In this document: piece by piece, positions 11,292 through 22,858 of the stretch | Position numbering within the stretch: the first letter of the stretch is position 1 | How the letters are laid out: the number at the start of each line of letters is the position of its first letter | Origin: Myxococcales bacterium | GTDB lineage: Bacteria; Myxococcota_A; Bradymonadia; UBA7976; UBA1532 | DNA length: 64,000 nt | Direction: 5' to 3' | Assembly: GCA_020633555.1 (NCBI GenBank) | Contig: JACKDL010000007.1 | Location: 9,368-73,367 of the forward strand | Made by a program: the position numbers and the translations under genes | The notes under the pieces: model-generated | Database searches by the model: none | The model's input: the letters and a program-made list of their open reading frames with translations, nothing else | What the model was told of the DNA's origin: nothing

Positions 11292-12546
11292 ATGGCTGCT
11301 GGCGCTGGCCCTGGCCGGCTGCGCCGACGGGGGCGGCGGGCTGGACCCGCAGCCCGTGGACGCCGCGCTGGACGGGGCGGTCGATGGGGCCGCCGTTGAT
11401 CAGGCGCCCCCCGACGTCGGCCCCCCCGCCGACATGGCCCCGCCCGGGTGCTTCGACCACCGCCCCGACAACGAGAACTTCGCCCTCGACGGCGACGGCG
11501 AGCCCGGCCAGATCCACTTGCAGGCGGCCTTCCAGCCGGGGCGCGGCCTGTGGGTGGTCTACAACCGCCCCCACCCCGGCCGCAGCGACTTCGACGTGTG
11601 GCTGACCCGCGTGGGCTGCACGCCGGCCGACGACGTGCCCCCCTTCCAGGTGGACGACGACGCGGCGGATCCCAACGCGGGCGATCCCAGCCTGGCCGTC
11701 CACGGCGACCGGGTGCTGGTGGTGTGGCAGGGCGAGGTGCCCGGCCGCGAGCCCAACCTGTGGGTGCGCTGGCGGCTCATCGGCGCCGACGGCGTGCCCC
11801 TGGGCCCCACCGGGCGCATCGACACCGGCGATCCGGCGCAGGTGCACTGGATGGCGGCCGCCGAGGCCACCGCCGACGGGTTCGTGGTGGCGGGCGTGCG
11901 CACGGGCGCGGTGGAGAACCGCTTCACGATCTTCGCGCAGCGGCTGGACGCCGACGGTGCGCCCGTGGGCCCCGTGGGCGAGGACGCCCGCCAGACGGGC
12001 GGCCAGGTGGAGCCCACCGTGGGCGTGAGCTCCGGCGGCGAGGTGCGGGTGGCCTGGCTCGACGACGGCCAGCAGGGCCCCGTGGCGCGGGCGGTGCTGG
12101 GCGACTTCGGCCTGACGCCGCTGCCGGGGGTGGCCGTGGGCGATCAGGTGCAGTCGAAGATCAGCTACGACCGCGCGGGCCAGTGGCTGGCCACCGGCGT
12201 GGCGCCGGGCGACATCGCCCTGTGGCCGGGCGCCGTCATGCCCGACGCCACGCCCCGCTGGTTCGGCCAGAACGGCACCAGCACCTCACCGGGTGTGGCC
12301 AGCGGCCCGGGGGGCGGGGTGGTGGGCTGGTTCCGGCTCGACCGGGGCATCCGCAGCACGCCCTTCTGGCAGGCCTTCGACGCCACCGGGGTGCCCCAGG
12401 ACGTGCCCCGGCAGATCCCCACGGCCGAGCCCGCGGCGCCGTACCCCATGGCGCTCACCCACGTGGGCGACGGGCGCTACTTCATCGGCTGGTCCCAGGG
12501 GGTCAGCCCGGCCTTCCTGGGGATGGGGCGCTTCGTCCGACCCTGA
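11284..12546 (+). CDS. Hypothetical lipoprotein (beta-rich)
   Basis: Lipobox LAGC, Asp/Pro linker, repeated beta-strand-like units; start overlaps the lysC stop. Confidence 0.65.
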   Translation: MGRWLLALALAGCADGGGGLDPQPVDAALDGAVDGAAVDQAPPDVGPPADMAPPGCFDHRPDNENFALDGDGEPGQIHLQAAFQPGRGLWVVYNRPHPGRSDFDVWLTRVGCTPADDVPPFQVDDDAADPNAGDPSLAVHGDRVLVVWQGEVPGREPNLWVRWRLIGADGVPLGPTGRIDTGDPAQVHWMAAAEATADGFVVAGVRTGAVENRFTIFAQRLDADGAPVGPVGEDARQTGGQVEPTVGVSSGGEVRVAWLDDGQQGPVARAVLGDFGLTPLPGVAVGDQVQSKISYDRAGQWLATGVAPGDIALWPGAVMPDATPRWFGQNGTSTSPGVASGPGGGVVGWFRLDRGIRSTPFWQAFDATGVPQDVPRQIPTAEPAAPYPMALTHVGDGRYFIGWSQGVSPAFLGMGRFVRP

Positions 12547-12572
12547 CCGCGGCGGCCGAGGCGGGCGTCCGC

Positions 12573-13535
12573 CTACTGCCGCCGGCCGCCGTCCGTGCGC
12601 TGGAACCACTCGACGAAGCGGGCGATGCCCTCGGGCATCGAGACCTTGGGGTCGTAGCCCAGCTCCGCCCGGGCGCGGCTCACGTCGGCGTAGGTGGTGC
12701 TCACGTCGCCCGGCTGGCTGGGCAGGTGCCTGACCCGGGGCGCGCGGCCCAGAGCGTCGCCCAGCAGGGCCACCAGCTCGGCCAGCGTGGTGGTCTTCGA
12801 CTCGCCCAGGTTGTAGATGCGGTAGCCCTCCACCCGGGCCACGCTGGCCACCAGGCCGTCCACGATGTCGTCGATGAAGGTGTAGTCCCGCGAGCTGGAG
12901 CCGTCGCCGAACAGGGGCAGCTCGGCGCCCTCCTGGATCATGCGCGCGAACTTGTGGATGGCCATCTCGGGGCGCTGGCGGGGGCCGTACACCGTGAAGA
13001 AGCGGTGGCAGTGCACGTGCAGGCCGAACAGGTGGTGCCACGTGTAGCAGAGCAGCTCGCCGGCCTTCTTGGTGGCCGCGTAGGGCGAGATGGGGAAGTC
13101 CACCCGGTCGTCCTCGCGGAAGGGCACGTCGGGCCGATCCCCGTAGACGCTGGACGACGACGCGAACACCAGCCGGTCGCAGCCGTGGGCCCGGCAGGCC
13201 TCGAGCACCGTGGTGGTGCCCTCGACGTTCACCTTCTGGTACAGCGCCGGGAGCTGGATGCTGGGCCGCACGCCCGCCCACGCGGCCAGGTGCACCACCC
13301 GGTCCACGGGGCCGTGCGCGAAGGCCTGCGCCATCACCGCGGGATCCACCAGATCCCCGCGCACCAGGGTGAACCCGCCGTGGGCCTGGGCCGCCCGCAG
13401 GTTCTCGGCCTTGATGGCCGGGTCGTAGAAGTCGTTGAAGTTGTCGATCCCCACCACCTGGTGGCCCATCGCGAGCAGCCGATCCACCAGGCTCGACCCG
13501 ATGAACCCCGCTGCCCCGGTCACTGCGATCCGCAT
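12573..13535 (-). CDS. NAD-dependent epimerase/dehydratase (UDP-glucuronate 4-epimerase-like)
   Basis: TGAAGFIG, ASSSSVYG, YAATK, FFTVYGPRQRPEMA, RDYTFIDD. Confidence 0.9.
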   Translation of the reverse strand: MRIAVTGAAGFIGSSLVDRLLAMGHQVVGIDNFNDFYDPAIKAENLRAAQAHGGFTLVRGDLVDPAVMAQAFAHGPVDRVVHLAAWAGVRPSIQLPALYQKVNVEGTTTVLEACRAHGCDRLVFASSSSVYGDRPDVPFREDDRVDFPISPYAATKKAGELLCYTWHHLFGLHVHCHRFFTVYGPRQRPEMAIHKFARMIQEGAELPLFGDGSSSRDYTFIDDIVDGLVASVARVEGYRIYNLGESKTTTLAELVALLGDALGRAPRVRHLPSQPGDVSTTYADVSRARAELGYDPKVSMPEGIARFVEWFQRTDGGRRQ

Positions 13536-13699
13536 CGGCCCCCCTCGCGCAAGCGGCGGGGATGATAGGCCTTCCGCCCAGGCGGGGGAATCGACGGGGC
13601 CGGATTTTGATGACCCACGGGTCAGTCAAGGCCGTACGGGAGCGGCCTGGGATCGCTCCAAGGCCGATAAAACAAGGGGTTTGGGCCGGAAATAACGGT

Positions 13700-13729
13700 T
13701 TGACACCCGCGGAAACCCGCATGTACGGT
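13700..13729 (+). promoter_or_regulatory. Putative sigma70 promoter of the HU pair
   Basis: TTGACA-18 nt-TACGGT upstream of the HU genes. Confidence 0.45.
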
Positions 13730-13797
13730 GCGCCGCGCCAAAACCCGGCGGGCGCCTTGAGCGGGCCGCCGCAGCCCACCAGGAGGGGCAAAAGAAC

Positions 13798-14076
13798 ATG
13801 ACCAAGAAGGAAGCCATCAGCGCCATCCACGCGCAGTTCGCCAACGACCTCACCAAGAAGCAGGTCGGCGAGATCTTCGACGCGCTGTTCGACGCCGCCA
13901 GCGGCGCCCTCAAGAACGAGGGCCGGCTGAGCTACCCCGGCTTCGGCACCCTCACCGTGAAGACGGTGGCGGCCCGCACCGGCCGCAACCCCCAGACGGG
14001 CGAGGCCATCGAGATCGCCGCCAGCAAGCGCATCACCTTCAAGCCCGCCGCCGAGCTGAAGGCCAAGCTGAACTGA
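13798..14076 (+). CDS. HU family DNA-binding protein (copy 1)
   Basis: GFGTL...ARTGRNPQTGEAIEIAAS...FKPA; GGAGG RBS. Confidence 0.93.
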   Translation: MTKKEAISAIHAQFANDLTKKQVGEIFDALFDAASGALKNEGRLSYPGFGTLTVKTVAARTGRNPQTGEAIEIAASKRITFKPAAELKAKLN

Positions 14077-14165
14077 AGCGCGCCTCGGCGCCCTCGGGTT
14101 CCTGGATTCCAACCGCGGCGTCGCGCCGCGCAGCGGGGCCTGTGATGCCCCACGGAGACACTTCG

Positions 14166-14441
14166 ATGACCAAGGCCGAACTGATCGAGCACGTGCACGA
14201 GGTCGCTGGCGAGGGCCTGTCCCGCAAGCTCACCGGCGAGGTGGTGGACGCCATCTTCGACACCCTGGTGGGCAGCCTGGAGGGCGACGGCAAGTTCGCC
14301 ATCCCCGGCTTCGGCACCTTCAACAAGAAGCACCGCGCGGCCCGCACCGGCCGCAACCCCCAGAGCGGCGAGACCATCGAGATCGCCGCCAGCAACACGG
14401 TCACCTTCAAGGTGGGCGCCGGCCTCAAGGGCGACCTGTAA
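14166..14441 (+). CDS. HU family DNA-binding protein (copy 2)
   Basis: MTKAELI...GFGTF...ARTGRNPQSGETIEIAAS...FK. Confidence 0.93.
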   Translation: MTKAELIEHVHEVAGEGLSRKLTGEVVDAIFDTLVGSLEGDGKFAIPGFGTFNKKHRAARTGRNPQSGETIEIAASNTVTFKVGAGLKGDL

Positions 14442-14535
14442 GGCGCCTTGGGGCGGCCCGCGCCGCCCTGCCCCCGTGCCCCGGCCGCCGGCCTCGCCGC
14501 GGCAGGCCCCCGTCAGGGGGACCCCTCCGAAACGG

Positions 14536-16515
14536 CTACCGCCCGCCTGCGAGCTGCCTCAGGCCCGCCTGGGCCTCGGCCTGCGTGGCGTCCAGGGCCA
14601 GGGCCGCCTGCCAGTCGGCGGCGGCGCCCTGCAGATCGCCCAGGTTCGCCCGCGCCACCCCCCGCAGGCCCAGGGCCTGTGCGTCCTCGGGCGTGTCGGG
14701 CCAGCCGTCCAGCACCGCCCGCGCGTCGGCGGGCCGCTGCGCCGCCAGCAGCAGGCGCGCCAGGTTGCGCACCGATGTGGCGTCCAGCGGATCCAGCGCA
14801 TAGGCGGCCTGGGCCAGGTTCAGGGCCCGGCGGGGGCGGCCCGCGCGTAGCCACGCCTGGGCGGCGTTGTTCAGGTGGCGGGTGGCCCGGGGCTCCAGGG
14901 TGCGCGCCATCTCGAAGGCGGCGGCGGCCTTGTCGGGGTGCCCCTGCGCGATCAGCGCGTGGCCCTGATCGCCCACCAGATCCGCCAGCGCCTGCTGGGC
15001 CTCGGGCAGATCCACCCCCGAGCCGGGGATCTGCGCCGCCACGGCGTCGGACCGGCGGGTGTAGGCCCGGCCCGAGCGCCAGCCCCGCACCATGAAAGGG
15101 AAGGCGGCCCACAGATCCGTGGGCCGGTGCGCCGCGTCGGCGCCGCCCGCCCACTCCCACTGCAGCGGCCAGCCCCGGGCCAGCGCTTGCACGCTGCCCA
15201 GCCCGCCGGCGGGGGTCCAGCCCGCCAGCGCCCGTGGCCGACGCGCCTGCACCGGCGCCAGCGAGCTCGGATCCCAGGCGTGCTGCCGCACGATCACCGC
15301 CGCGTCCGGCCGATCGCCCTCGACGGTCTGCCGCCAGGCCAGCCCGGCGGCGTAGTGGTCGCTCACCACGAACGCCAGCCCGTCCACCGGCAGGTCGTCG
15401 CTCAGCCCGTCCAGGATCAGCGGCAGGCCGCGGTCGTGGTGGCGGGAGGCGCCCGGCAGCGCCACCAGCGCCGCGGCGCCCATCAGCCCCGCCAGGGCCG
15501 TCGCCTGCGCGGGCAGCCGCCACGGCAGGCGCGTGGCCAGCCACTCCAGCGACGCCCCCGCGCCCACGCCCAGCGCCAGCAGGCCGGGCACCCCGTTCTG
15601 CAGATCCCGCAGGCCCATGGGGTTCAGGAAGGCGGCGTACACGGCGTCGGCGGCCCAGGCGGCCCCCACGAACCACCCCCCCGGCGCGCGGGCCAGGCGC
15701 AGGCAGCCAATCACGCCCAGGGCCACCAGGAAGGGCGAGCCCTCCAGGAGCTGCGCGCCGAACTCGCCGAAGGCGTCCGGGTCGAACGCGCCGAAGCGAT
15801 CGGCGTACGCCGCGCGGATCCGGGCCCCGCTCAGGTGTCGCCAGAGGGCCTCGGCGGTGGCCGGGTCGCCCCAGTTGCGCCAGGGATCGGTGGCGGCCCG
15901 CAGCGGAAGGTACAGGGCCACCAGGGCACCCGAGAGCCCGGCCACCGCGCCGGCCACCGCCACCCGGGGGCGCCGCCGGCCCATCACCACGGCGGCGGGC
16001 ACCAGCAGCAGGGCGAACAGGCGCAGCTCGGCGTGGTGCCCCAGGGCCAGCCCCACGGCGAAGGCGGCGGCCACCGCGTAGCGCGCGTCATCGTCGCGGG
16101 CGGCGCGGGCCACGCACAGGGTGACCCCCGCCAGCCACGCGGCGGCGCCCGTATAGACCTCGATGGTCAGGCTGTGCACCACCCAGATGGGTGACAGCGC
16201 CGCCAGCGCCAGCCCGGCCCAGGCGTCGCCGCGGCGCACGCCCAGGGCCCGGGCCGCCAGCACGCCCCAGGCCAGGGCCAGCCCACCCAGCAGCCCGCTG
16301 GCCAGGTTGCCGCGGAAGGCCAGCTCGCCCAGGGGGATCAGCAGCATCGCCGCCTTGTGGAGCATGACGAACAGCGGGAAGCCCGGGGGGTGGGCCACGC
16401 CCAGCTCGGCCGCCGCCGCGCCCAGCTCGCCGCCGTCCAGCCAGGTCAGGCCCGGGGCGGCGCCCAGGGCAGCCAGGCCGGCCACTGCAGCGAAGAGCGT
16501 CGCGGGCCCGCGCAC
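14536..16515 (-). CDS. DUF2723 / TMEM260-like membrane glycosyltransferase with C-terminal TPR
   Basis: DGGELGAAA, GVAHPPGFPL, EVY and HH motifs; many TM helices; TPR tail. Confidence 0.75.
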   Translation of the reverse strand: MRGPATLFAAVAGLAALGAAPGLTWLDGGELGAAAAELGVAHPPGFPLFVMLHKAAMLLIPLGELAFRGNLASGLLGGLALAWGVLAARALGVRRGDAWAGLALAALSPIWVVHSLTIEVYTGAAAWLAGVTLCVARAARDDDARYAVAAAFAVGLALGHHAELRLFALLLVPAAVVMGRRRPRVAVAGAVAGLSGALVALYLPLRAATDPWRNWGDPATAEALWRHLSGARIRAAYADRFGAFDPDAFGEFGAQLLEGSPFLVALGVIGCLRLARAPGGWFVGAAWAADAVYAAFLNPMGLRDLQNGVPGLLALGVGAGASLEWLATRLPWRLPAQATALAGLMGAAALVALPGASRHHDRGLPLILDGLSDDLPVDGLAFVVSDHYAAGLAWRQTVEGDRPDAAVIVRQHAWDPSSLAPVQARRPRALAGWTPAGGLGSVQALARGWPLQWEWAGGADAAHRPTDLWAAFPFMVRGWRSGRAYTRRSDAVAAQIPGSGVDLPEAQQALADLVGDQGHALIAQGHPDKAAAAFEMARTLEPRATRHLNNAAQAWLRAGRPRRALNLAQAAYALDPLDATSVRNLARLLLAAQRPADARAVLDGWPDTPEDAQALGLRGVARANLGDLQGAAADWQAALALDATQAEAQAGLRQLAGGR

Positions 16516-16516
16516 C

Positions 16517-16672
16517 TCAGCCGCCCCGGCCGCGGCGGGCCAGCAGCCCCAGCGTCAGCGCGGCGGCCTCGGCCAGCACGCCGAACACGAACAGGGCGAC
16601 CACGGCGGTGGGCCACAGCCAGGCCACCGTCAGCAGGCCGGCGAGCAGCATCAAGGCGAGGGGAAACTCCAC
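16517..16672 (-). CDS. Small two-TM membrane protein
   Basis: 51-aa hydrophobic ORF from a GTG, ending 1 nt before the DUF2723 start. Confidence 0.4.
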   Translation of the reverse strand: MEFPLALMLLAGLLTVAWLWPTAVVALFVFGVLAEAAALTLGLLARRGRGG

Positions 16673-16767
16673 GCGGGCAGTCTGGCACGGGCCACGGGCC
16701 GGCGCACGCACCCCGCTCGAAGGGCCCGCAAGTCCTTGCAGCGCGGGGGTTGTCGGGGGGCGCTCGA

Positions 16768-16796
16768 TTGACACCCCACCCCCCGCGTGCTACAAG
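16768..16796 (+). promoter_or_regulatory. sigma70 promoter of the tRNA-Gln/prs operon
   Basis: TTGACA-17 nt-TACAAG, with TGn directly before the -10. Confidence 0.6.
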
Positions 16797-16871
16797 CCCG
16801 CGTCGTCCGTCCCCTCGTTGGGGGTGGTGTCTGCCCAAGTTCGCGGAATTTCAAAGCTTTCGGGCCGCCGT

Positions 16872-16943
16872 AGGGGCGTGGGCAAGTGGTAAGCCACGGG
16901 ATTTTGGTTCCCGCTACCGTAGGTTCGAATCCTACCGCCCCTG
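16872..16943 (+). tRNA. tRNA-Gln (anticodon TTG)
   Basis: Acceptor stem AGGGGCG/CGCCCCT, anticodon stem CGGGA/TCCCG with loop TTTTGGT, T arm GTAGG-TTCGAAT-CCTAC. No encoded CCA. Usual position upstream of prs. Confidence 0.95.
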
Positions 16944-16968
16944 ATTGACCCGGAGGTCGGAGCCAGCC

Positions 16969-17910
16969 ATGCCCTCGGTGCGGATCTTCGCCGGCAACTC
17001 GAACCCGGAGCTCGCGCGCGAGATCTGCGGGTACATCGGTACCGGCCTGGGCACCGCGCGGGTGGGGCGCTTCTCCGACGGCGAGATCCGCGTCGAGATC
17101 GAGGAGTCGGTGCGTGGGGCTGACGTCTACGTCATCCAGAGCACCTGCGCCCCGGTCAACGACAACCTCATGGAGCTGCTCATCATGCTCGACGCCCTGA
17201 AGCGGGCGTCGGCGGGCAGCATCTCGGCGGTCATGCCGTACTTCGGCTACGGCCGGCAGGACCGCAAGGCCGCCCCCCGGGCGCCCATCTCGGCCCGGCT
17301 GGTGACCGACCTGGTCACCGCCGCGGGCGCCAACCGCATCATCACCATGGAGCTGCACGCGGGGCAGATTCAGGGCTTCTTCAACGGCCCGGTGGATCAC
17401 CTGTACTGCTCGCCGGTCATGCTCGGCTACCTGATGGACGAGCTGGACCTGCACCGCCCCGTGGTGGTCAGCCCCGACGCCGGCGGCGTCGAGCGGGCGC
17501 GCGCGTACGCGCGGAAGATGCAGTGCTCCCTGGCCATCGTCGACAAGCGCCGGGCGGGCCCCAACGTGGCCGAGGTCATGCACCTCATCGGCGACGTCGA
17601 GGGCCGCGACGCGGTGCTCATCGACGACATGATCGACACCGCGGGCACGCTGACCCAGGCGGCGCGGGCGCTGAAGGAGCACGGCGCGCGGCGGGTGTAC
17701 GCCGCGGCCACGCACCCGGTGCTGTCGGGCCCTGCCATCGGGCGCATCGAGGCCTCGCCGTTGGAGCAGGTGGTGGTGAGCAACACCATCCCGCTCAGCA
17801 GCGCCGGCCGGGCCTGCCCCAAGATCAAGGTTCTCTCTGCTGCCGACGTGTTCGGCGAAGCCATCAAGCGAATCCATGACCTGAACTCGGTAAGTAGTCT
17901 CTTCAGCTAG
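16969..17910 (+). CDS. prs: Ribose-phosphate pyrophosphokinase
   Basis: FSDGE, YFGYGRQDR, VVSPDAGGVERAR, LIDDMIDTAGT. Confidence 0.97.
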   Translation: MPSVRIFAGNSNPELAREICGYIGTGLGTARVGRFSDGEIRVEIEESVRGADVYVIQSTCAPVNDNLMELLIMLDALKRASAGSISAVMPYFGYGRQDRKAAPRAPISARLVTDLVTAAGANRIITMELHAGQIQGFFNGPVDHLYCSPVMLGYLMDELDLHRPVVVSPDAGGVERARAYARKMQCSLAIVDKRRAGPNVAEVMHLIGDVEGRDAVLIDDMIDTAGTLTQAARALKEHGARRVYAAATHPVLSGPAIGRIEASPLEQVVVSNTIPLSSAGRACPKIKVLSAADVFGEAIKRIHDLNSVSSLFS

Positions 17911-17953
17911 CTGGGGAAGACGAGGGGCCGGGCTTCGGGAAGGAGCGAAGCAA

Positions 17954-18547
17954 ATGTCCATCACCATCAACGCCAACCCCCGCGACGGCCGCGGGAAGAG
18001 CGCCTCGCGCGCCCTGCGCAACGACGGCCGCGTGCCGGCCGTGATCTACGGGCACGGCGTCGAGGCGCCCCAGACCGTCAGCCTGGATCCCAAGGATCTG
18101 CAGAAGGCCATGGAGGGCCCCAAGGGGCTCAACGAGCTCTTCGAGTGCGTGGTCGAGGGCGGCGGCACCCACAAGGTGCTGGTGCGCCAGATCCAGCGGC
18201 ACCCCGTGAAGCGCAACCTGCTGCACGTCGACCTGGTGGCGCCCGATCCCAACAAGACCATGCAGACGATGGTGCCCCTGGCCTTCGTCGGGAAGTCCAT
18301 CGGCGTGAGCATGGGCGGCCGCCTGCGCACCCCGTACCGCGAGGTGAAGGTGGTGGCGAAGCCCGCCGACTTCCCCGGCACCATCGAGATCAACCTGACC
18401 CCGATGGACATCGGCTTCACGCTGATGGCCAGCGAGCTGTCGCTGCCCGAGGGCGTGACGGCCATCTTCGATCGCGACTACGTCATCGCCAAGGTGGTCA
18501 AGCCCCGCGGCAAGGCGAAGGCCGAGGAGCCCGCGAAGAAGAAGTGA
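17954..18547 (+). CDS. rplY: 50S ribosomal protein L25 / Ctc
   Basis: GKSASRALR...VPAVIYG, IQRHPV, LHVD; position after prs. Confidence 0.92.
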   Translation: MSITINANPRDGRGKSASRALRNDGRVPAVIYGHGVEAPQTVSLDPKDLQKAMEGPKGLNELFECVVEGGGTHKVLVRQIQRHPVKRNLLHVDLVAPDPNKTMQTMVPLAFVGKSIGVSMGGRLRTPYREVKVVAKPADFPGTIEINLTPMDIGFTLMASELSLPEGVTAIFDRDYVIAKVVKPRGKAKAEEPAKKK

Positions 18548-18624
18548 GGCCCCGCGCCTCATCCCTGGGCGCGGGCCGCTGATCGCGGGCCGCGTCGCCC
18601 CCCCGCACAGACCACACGAGCTGC

Positions 18625-19200
18625 ATGTCACGGACCCTCATCGTCGGGCTCGGCAACCCGGGCCCCCGCTACGTGAACACCCGCCACAACGTGGGGTTCA
18701 TGGTGGTCGACCGCCTGGCGGACGACGGGCGGATCGACGTGGGGCGCAGCAAGTTCAAGGCGCTGTACGGGGCGGGCGAGCTCGAGGGGCAGAAGATCGT
18801 CTGCCTGAAGCCCCAGACCTTCATGAATCTCAGCGGCCAGTCCGTGGTGCCCGCCCGCCAGTTCTTCGACGTGGACGTCGACCGAATCTGGGTGGTGCAC
18901 GACGAGCTGGACCTGCCCTACGGCACCGTCCGGTTGAAGATCGGCGGGGGACACGCGGGGCACAATGGGCTGCGGAGCATCGTCCAGCAGCTCGGCAGCC
19001 GGGACTTCGTCCGCCTGCGGGTGGGCATCGGCCGGCCCGTCCACGGATCGGTGAGCGACTACGTGCTCAGCGACTTCGCGGCGGGGGACGAGCGGTCCTT
19101 CCTGCCGGATCTCATCGAGCGCTCGGTGGCAGCGCTCCGCCTCGCCCTGCGCGAAGGTCCGAAGAACGCCATGAACCAGGTAAACGCGCCGTCAGACTGA
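18625..19200 (+). CDS. pth: Peptidyl-tRNA hydrolase
   Basis: GLGNPG, TRHNVGF, HDELD, GGHAGHNGLRS. Confidence 0.96.
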   Translation: MSRTLIVGLGNPGPRYVNTRHNVGFMVVDRLADDGRIDVGRSKFKALYGAGELEGQKIVCLKPQTFMNLSGQSVVPARQFFDVDVDRIWVVHDELDLPYGTVRLKIGGGHAGHNGLRSIVQQLGSRDFVRLRVGIGRPVHGSVSDYVLSDFAAGDERSFLPDLIERSVAALRLALREGPKNAMNQVNAPSD

Positions 19201-19233
19201 GGGGTTGGCGCGTCACGAAGGGAGTCGGGAAAC

Positions 19234-21426
<2,193 letters not shown>

Positions 21427-21450
21427 CGGGCCCCTGGACGCCCGGCGAGC

Positions 21451-21479
21451 TTGACCGCCGGGGTCCAGATCCGTATCTT
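21451..21479 (+). promoter_or_regulatory. sigma70 promoter of rpsF-rpsR-rplI
   Basis: TTGACC-17 nt-TATCTT. Confidence 0.6.
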
Positions 21480-21522
21480 CACGCGCCCTTGACCCCCTGG
21501 GGTCGAGGGCGCGTGTGTTTTC
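21480..21522 (+). terminator. Strong hairpin followed by GTGTTTT (possible hppA terminator)
   Basis: CACGCGCCCTTGACCCC / GGGGTCGAGGGCGCGTG inverted repeat, then a T-rich tract. Confidence 0.45.
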
Positions 21523-21542
21523 AGGGGCGCACATGGGGTGCG

Positions 21543-21598
21543 CCACTCCCTGCTCGCCGCCTCACCGTCGGCGGGCTGCTTCGAATCCGAAGGGAGAC
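21543..21598 (+). promoter_or_regulatory. S6:S18 ribosomal leader (autoregulatory RNA)
   Basis: CTCCCT pairs with the SD-like AGGGAG; inner stem GCTCGCCG/CGGCGGGC; CCG just 5' of the SD; directly upstream of rpsF. Confidence 0.7.
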
Positions 21599-21607
21599 TT
21601 CAGGCCC

Positions 21608-22003
21608 ATGGCCATCAAGAAGTACCGCAAGTACGAGCTGATCTACCTGATCCAGCCCGAGGCGACCGAGGAAGAGCGTCAGAAGGTCCACGACCGCGTG
21701 GAGCACGTCATCGAAGAGGGTGACGCCTGGCTGCTGAGCCGCGAGGACTGGGGCAAGCGCAAGCTGGCCTACGAGATCGGCAAGCAGAACAAGGCGTACT
21801 ACACCTACGTGACGCTGGTGGCTGCCCCGGGCGTGACCACGGAGATCGAGCGCATCCTGCGCATGCTCGATCACTGCATCCGGTTCATGACCATCAAGCT
21901 CGAGGACGAGATCCCCGAGGATCGCATCCCCGATCTGACCGCGGCGGCGGCGCCTGAGAGCAAGGCCCCCCCCGCCGACGATGACGAGGTGTCCAATGGC
22001 TAA
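21608..22003 (+). CDS. rpsF: 30S ribosomal protein S6
   Basis: [19 protein letters not shown]; acidic tail. Confidence 0.93.
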   Translation: MAIKKYRKYELIYLIQPEATEEERQKVHDRVEHVIEEGDAWLLSREDWGKRKLAYEIGKQNKAYYTYVTLVAAPGVTTEIERILRMLDHCIRFMTIKLEDEIPEDRIPDLTAAAAPESKAPPADDDEVSNG

Positions 22004-22244
22004 GGTGCGTAGCTACGGCCGTGGCCGTCGTCGTCGCAAGGTCGATCGCTTCCTGGCCGACAAGAGCCTGGTCATCGACTACAAGGATCCCTCGGTGCTG
22101 AAGTACTTCATCACCGAGCGCGGCAAGATCGTGCCCCGCCGCGTCAGCGGCCTGTGCGCGAAGAACCAGCGGCGGATCACCCGGGCCATCAAGCGGGCCC
22201 GGATGATCGCCCTGATGCCGTTCACCACCGTCAAGGCGCACTGA
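21996..22244 (+). CDS. rpsR: 30S ribosomal protein S18
   Basis: [32 protein letters not shown]. Confidence 0.96.
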   Translation: MAKVRSYGRGRRRRKVDRFLADKSLVIDYKDPSVLKYFITERGKIVPRRVSGLCAKNQRRITRAIKRARMIALMPFTTVKAH

Positions 22245-22257
22245 GGAGGGCTTACGC

Positions 22258-22773
22258 ATGCAGGTCATCCTTCGTGAGGACGTGGAGCACCTCGGCGATG
22301 TCGGCGACATCGTCACCGTGCGCCCCGGCTACGCCCGCAACTTCCTGCTGCCCCGCGGCCTGGCCGTGCTCGCCAACGAGCGCCAGGTGCGGCGGGTGGA
22401 GCACGAGCAGCGGGTGATCGAGTCCCGGCTCGCCAAGCTGCGCGCGGGCGCCGAGGCCCAGGCCAAGCAGGTCAACCAGATCCACCTGACCATCGAGAAG
22501 GCGGCGGGTGAGAACCTGAAGCTGTTCGGCTCGGTGACGACGATGGAGCTCGAGGCGCTGCTGCGGGCCCAGGGCCATGAGGTCAGCCGCCGGCAGATCC
22601 AGCTCAAGGACAACATCAAGACCTTGGGCAGCCACAAGGTGGCGGTGAAGCTGCACCGCGACGTGCAGGCCACCATCACCGTCGAGGTGGTCCCGGCCCC
22701 CGGCTCCTTCGTGGCCACCGAGGCCGCGGACAAGGCCGACGCCGACGATGAGTACGAGGCCTACGAGGCCTGA
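22258..22773 (+). CDS. rplI: 50S ribosomal protein L9
   Basis: MQVILREDV, GYARNFLLP, KLFGSVT, IKTLG. Confidence 0.96.
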   Translation: MQVILREDVEHLGDVGDIVTVRPGYARNFLLPRGLAVLANERQVRRVEHEQRVIESRLAKLRAGAEAQAKQVNQIHLTIEKAAGENLKLFGSVTTMELEALLRAQGHEVSRRQIQLKDNIKTLGSHKVAVKLHRDVQATITVEVVPAPGSFVATEAADKADADDEYEAYEA

Positions 22774-22858
22774 GCGGCGGCCCCCCGGGGTCTGACCGTT
22801 CAACCGACGCCCGCGCGGGGCTTGCCCCGCCGCGGGCGTTCGTGTTTCTGGAGAAGGC

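Noticed and set aside
16872-16960. tRNA-Gln as an integration site
   Set aside because: No integrase and no duplicated tRNA 3' end seen; prs follows directly.
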